DNA of 64,000 nt from Podarcis muralis (Eukaryota): assembly GCF_964188315.1 (NCBI RefSeq), contig NC_135667.1:27156001-27220000 (forward strand). Direction: 5' to 3'. The notes under the pieces are model-generated. The model worked only from the letters and a program-made list of their open reading frames with translations. It had not been told where the DNA came from and searched no databases. Below, one piece after another: positions 60,277-64,000 of this stretch (positions within the stretch are counted from its first letter, which is position 1; every line of letters begins with the position of its first letter). Both the position numbers and the translations under genes were made by a program.

Positions 60277-61582
60277 GTTATTTCCTCTAAGCGCTTACCT
60301 GGGACGGAAACAGGAAAATAAATTGGAAATAAATAGCCTCACCTGACCCAAGAGTGTTGCATTAATTTATATTGAGGCTTACATCTTGTATTATTGCTGA
60401 AGCCTCAAGGCTGCTAAGCAATAATGAGGAAAAATAAGAATAAGGAAAACCATCCACAATATTAAGCACCATTAAGTCCAGTCGTGGCCGACTCTGGGGT
60501 TGCGGCACTCATCTCGCTTTATTGGCCAAGGGAGCCAGCGTACAGCTTCCAGTTCATGTGGCCAGCATGACTAAGCTGCTTCTGGCGAACCAGAGCAGTG
60601 CATCCTTAAGAGAGTCTGTGTACTGGTCCAGTAAACGCTTCCGCTGCGCCAGCAGCAACAGCTCTCTTTGCAGAGCATTAATTAAGTCCAGTGCAGAGAT
60701 TCTTGTTGCAGTACAAGCTTCAAGGTCTCAGCAGCAAGGAAATAATGACACAGGGAAGCCTGTCTTTCCAAAGACAGGTTTATTGCAGAAAGATAACAGA
60801 AACACCTCCGGAGCTTTCAGACATTTTTGCTTCACGCCCCACAGGCAGAGAAAACAAACACTCTTTATATACTGAGCAACTTAACAACTTAACGAGCTTG
60901 ACTACTTAAAGTCACATGACATTGCTAACTTGCCAGCGTCTTAGGTTTCACACCCTAACACCCCCTCTCGCTGGCAATACAAAAACAAAATTACTTCAGA
61001 CCCATTTCTTCACAAAAGTTTTCATGCCGCTGAAACCCAAGCGGTTTTGTAAAACCATCAGCTTGATTTTCATGACTGGGACAGTAATTTAATTTAACAA
61101 TTCCTGCTTTTACCGTTTGACAAACATTTTGAAAGCGGATATCCAAATGTTTTGTACGACCTTTAAACTGCCCATTTTGTGCTAACTTAAGACACGGTTG
61201 ATTATCACCCCATACAGTGATTGGAGTGATGGCCTTTTCATACATCTCTTGTGCCAAGCTTCTTAACTTTGAAGTGTTTATTTAACTCTTTGGCTAGTTT
61301 TTTTACTTGTTCTTGTGTCTTTGAAGTATAAATCAGGTCATCTACATAAACAAGCAAAGATTCTTGAGCATCTCCTGAACCTCTGAAATATACCGTATTT
61401 TTCGCACAATTGGACGCACCGGACCATAGGACGCACCTAGTTTTTTTGGGGGGAAATAAAGGAAAATTTTCCCCCCTTTATTTCCCCCCCAAAAGCAGGT
61501 CAGGGAAACCGAACCAGGTCAAGGAACAGTGGGATAGTGGCGCTGCGCCTCCCTGCTGTCCCCCGAGCTTGTGGGGCTGGCT

Positions 61583-62000
61583 GATGTCTGCCTGGCGCGC
61601 GGGGCGCTCTGCTTCAGGGCGCCCCACCCGCCAGGCGGCAGGCTACTATCCGCAGCGTGGGGAGCCCTGCGGGGAACTCCTGCAAGGCTCCCCACTCTGC
61701 GGATGTCTGCCTGGCGCGAGGGGCGCTCTACTTCAGGGCGCCCCACCCGCCAGGCAGCAGGCTGCTATCCGCAGCGTGGGGAGCCCTGTGGGGAACTCCT
61801 GCAAGGCTCCCCACTCTGCGGATGTCTGCCTGGCGCGAAGGGCGCTCTGCTTCAGGGCGCCCCACCCGCCAGGCAGCAGGCTGCTATCCGCAGCGTGGGG
61901 AGCCCTGTGGGGAATTCCTGCAAGGCTCCCCACGCTGCGGATGTGTTCCCGAAGCGCCTGGAGCTCTGCTTTCAGGGCGCCCGACGCTCCGGGAAGCAGG
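61583..62000. repeat. 119-bp GC-rich tandem repeat, about 3.5 copies
   Basis: GATGT unit starts at 61583, 61702, 61821 and 61940. Confidence 0.9.
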
Positions 62001-62104
62001 CTGCTATCCGCAGCCTAGACACGGCTAGCGGAGCGCTAATCCCGAAGCTTGGGGCGTGCGGAGCTCAGCGCGCCCCAAGCTTCTGGGCGCCGGCAAGGTC
62101 TCCG

Positions 62105-62700
62105 CTAGCCCTTGCTGGCGCCCAGAAGCTTGGGGCGCGCTGAGCTCCGCACGCCCCAAGCTTCGGGATTAGCGCGGCGCTTCGCTAGCCCTGGGAGAGC
62201 CCCGCGACGTCGCGGGGCTCTCCCAGGGCTAGCGAGACCTTGCCGGCACCCAGAAGCTTGGGGCACGCTGAGCTCCGCACGCCCCAAGCTTCGGGATTAG
62301 CGCGGCGCTTCGCTAGCCCTGGGAGAGCCCCGTGACGTCGCGGGGCTCTCCCAGGGCTAGCGAGACCTTGCCGGCACCCAGAAGCTTGGGGCGCGCTGAG
62401 CTCCGCACGCCCCAAGCTTCGGGATTAGCGCGGCGCTTGACTAGCCCTGGGAGAGCCCCGCGACGTCGTGGGGCTCTTCCAGGGCTAGCGAGACCTTGCC
62501 GGCACCCAGAAGCTTGGGGCGCGCTGTGCTCCGCACGCCCCAAGCTTCTGGATTAGCGCAGCGGTCCGCTAGCCGTGGGAGAGCCGCGCGACGTCGCGGG
62601 GCTCTTCCAGGGCTAGCGAGACCTTTCCGGCACCCAGAAGCTTGGGGCGCGCTGAGCTCCGCATGCCCCAAGCTTCGGGATTAATGCAGCGCTCCGCTAG
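62105..62700. repeat. 128-bp GC-rich palindromic tandem repeat, about 4.5 copies
   Basis: GGGCTAGCG at 62226, 62354, 62482 and 62610. Confidence 0.9.
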
Positions 62701-64000
62701 CCGTGGGAGAGCTGGGTCTCCCACGGCTAGCGGATAGCTTCCTGAAGCCTGGAGAGCGAGAGGGGTCGGTGCGCACCGACCCCTCTCACTCTCCAGGCTT
62801 CAGCGAAAGCCTGCATTCGCTCCATAGGACGCACACACATTTTCCCTTGCTTTTTAGGAGGGAAAAAGTGCGTCCTATGGTGCGAAAAATACGGTAAGCA
62901 ATTGTCAGCCTTGCTCCTGCTAAAACCAATGCCTACCAAAACGTCATTCAAACACTGATTCCAATTATGAGCAGATTGCTTGAGTCCATAAATAGATTTA
63001 TGTAGTTTCCATACCTGATTTGATTTACCAACTTTCAATCCTGGCGGTAGCTCCATATAGAGCTCTTCAGCCAAGTCTGAATGAAGATAAGCTGTAGAGA
63101 CATCAAATTGATTCACTTTGAACCCTTTCTGAGCAGCAACTGCTAATAGTGCCCGTAGGGTTTCACTCCTTGAAGTGGGTGCATAGACTTCGGAATAATG
63201 TAACCCCTTTCTTTGCGTAAAACCTTGAGCTACAAGCCTTGCTTTGTACTCTGGTTTCCCCATCGCTGTTGTCTTTATCCTGTACACCCACCTACAACTT
63301 ACTGCCTTGGTACCTTCTGGCAGTTTGGTGATGGAAAACACACCCAGTTCTTTCATAGAATTCAACTCTTTTTGCATGGCCTCACGCCACCTACTGGCCT
63401 CCTCCTGGGGTAATTGCTCAACCTCCTCAAAACTTTCAGGTTCGCAATTTGCCAAACCAGCCCAAACACTAATAGCTTGGTACCTTTCAGGAGGTTTACC
63501 TTTGTTGGTACGCTTGGAACGCCTTAACAGTTCCTGCAATGTTCCTTCAGTTTCCCCCTCTGACCCAGAATCACTAGTCGTCACCTGTTTGTCACTAGTA
63601 GTTGAAGAACTTTCTGATTCTGACTTTACACGTCTCTCTTGCTGTACAGGTGAACTTTTAGAGCTAGAAGATTCTGACTTTACAGACTTGGGTGAACTAG
63701 ACGATTTCTCACCCTCGTCCTCAGACTCAAATTCCTCAGCCTGTTCTGGAACTAATACCTGCCCGGGGGCCTGAGTTTCATTGTTACTGTTCACCACATC
63801 AAATAGTATGTCAGGATTTCCATGAATTTTATTCCAACCATCCTGTTCACAAAATTCCGCACTTCTGCTGATTGTGATTTTCGTTTGATTGCCTTCTACA
63901 TTCACAAATCTCCAACCTTTTGTGTTTGCTTGATAACCACAGAAAAACATTTCTTTAGATCTAGGATCGCCTTTCCTACGTTGTGCCCTAGGCACCAGCA

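Larger units (their letters stand above)
52428..60464. repeat. segmental duplication containing the two near-identical ORs (52428-54975 versus 56998-60464)
   Basis: Collinear high identity across MITE, SINE, 3' flank, OR CDS and 5' flank; unit 2 has an extra L1. Confidence 0.92.
61393..62894. mobile_element. TcMar (Tc2/pogo-type, CCGTATTT TIR) non-autonomous element inserted in the Copia RT
   Basis: TIRs CCGTATTTTTCGCAC.A..GGACGCAC; TA duplication at 61391-61392 and 62895-62896; removing it restores RT frame ADNCL-YFRG. Confidence 0.92.
60600..64000 (-). mobile_element. Ty1/Copia LTR retrotransposon (3' portion; runs off the window)
   Basis: Integrase C-terminus FCGY..KGWRF, RT (RWVYRIK, YKARLVAQGF, FDVSTAYL, KSIYGLKQS, YVDD), RNase H (DNQ, TKHLDIR, NQADGFTKPL). 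PPT GAGAGGGGG (60961-60969) abuts LTR start TGTTAGGG at 60960. The LTR has TATA and AATAAA; its end near 60600 is uncertain. Confidence 0.93.

Noticed and set aside
61583-62700. Regular repeats resembling a CRISPR array, with periodic ORFs
   Set aside because: Vertebrate DNA; units are tandem with no unique spacers and there are no cas genes. The ORFs simply reflect the 119- and 128-bp periods.

Overview
Vertebrate nuclear DNA, most likely a squamate (lacertid-type) lizard, inferred from Sauria SINE, Squam-type SINEs, BovB, CR1 and L2. Left half (+ strand): two tandem SLC27A2-like (FATP2/very-long-chain acyl-CoA synthetase) genes. Only the last 3 exons of the upstream paralogue are in the window (1703-8134); the second is a complete 10-exon, 620-aa gene (11107-26265). 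Right half: an olfactory receptor cluster of 4 intact single-exon ORs on the - strand, the last two from a recent segmental duplication. Inside the OR cluster lie a CpG-island promoter (about 36200-37170) and a spliced 437-aa PIF/Harbinger transposase-derived ORF (38418-39020 + 40508-41218). That ORF is uninterrupted, but its DDE triad reads D/H/Q, and I found no TIRs or Myb partner. It is the best candidate here for an undescribed domesticated gene. It is followed by a near-intact 4.9-kb L1 with a 24-bp TSD and one nonsense codon. The window ends in a Ty1/Copia element interrupted by a Tc2-type MITE full of GC-rich palindromic tandem repeats. One assembly gap (21561-21703). All calls were made by eye from the sequence and ORF track; no database searches were run.
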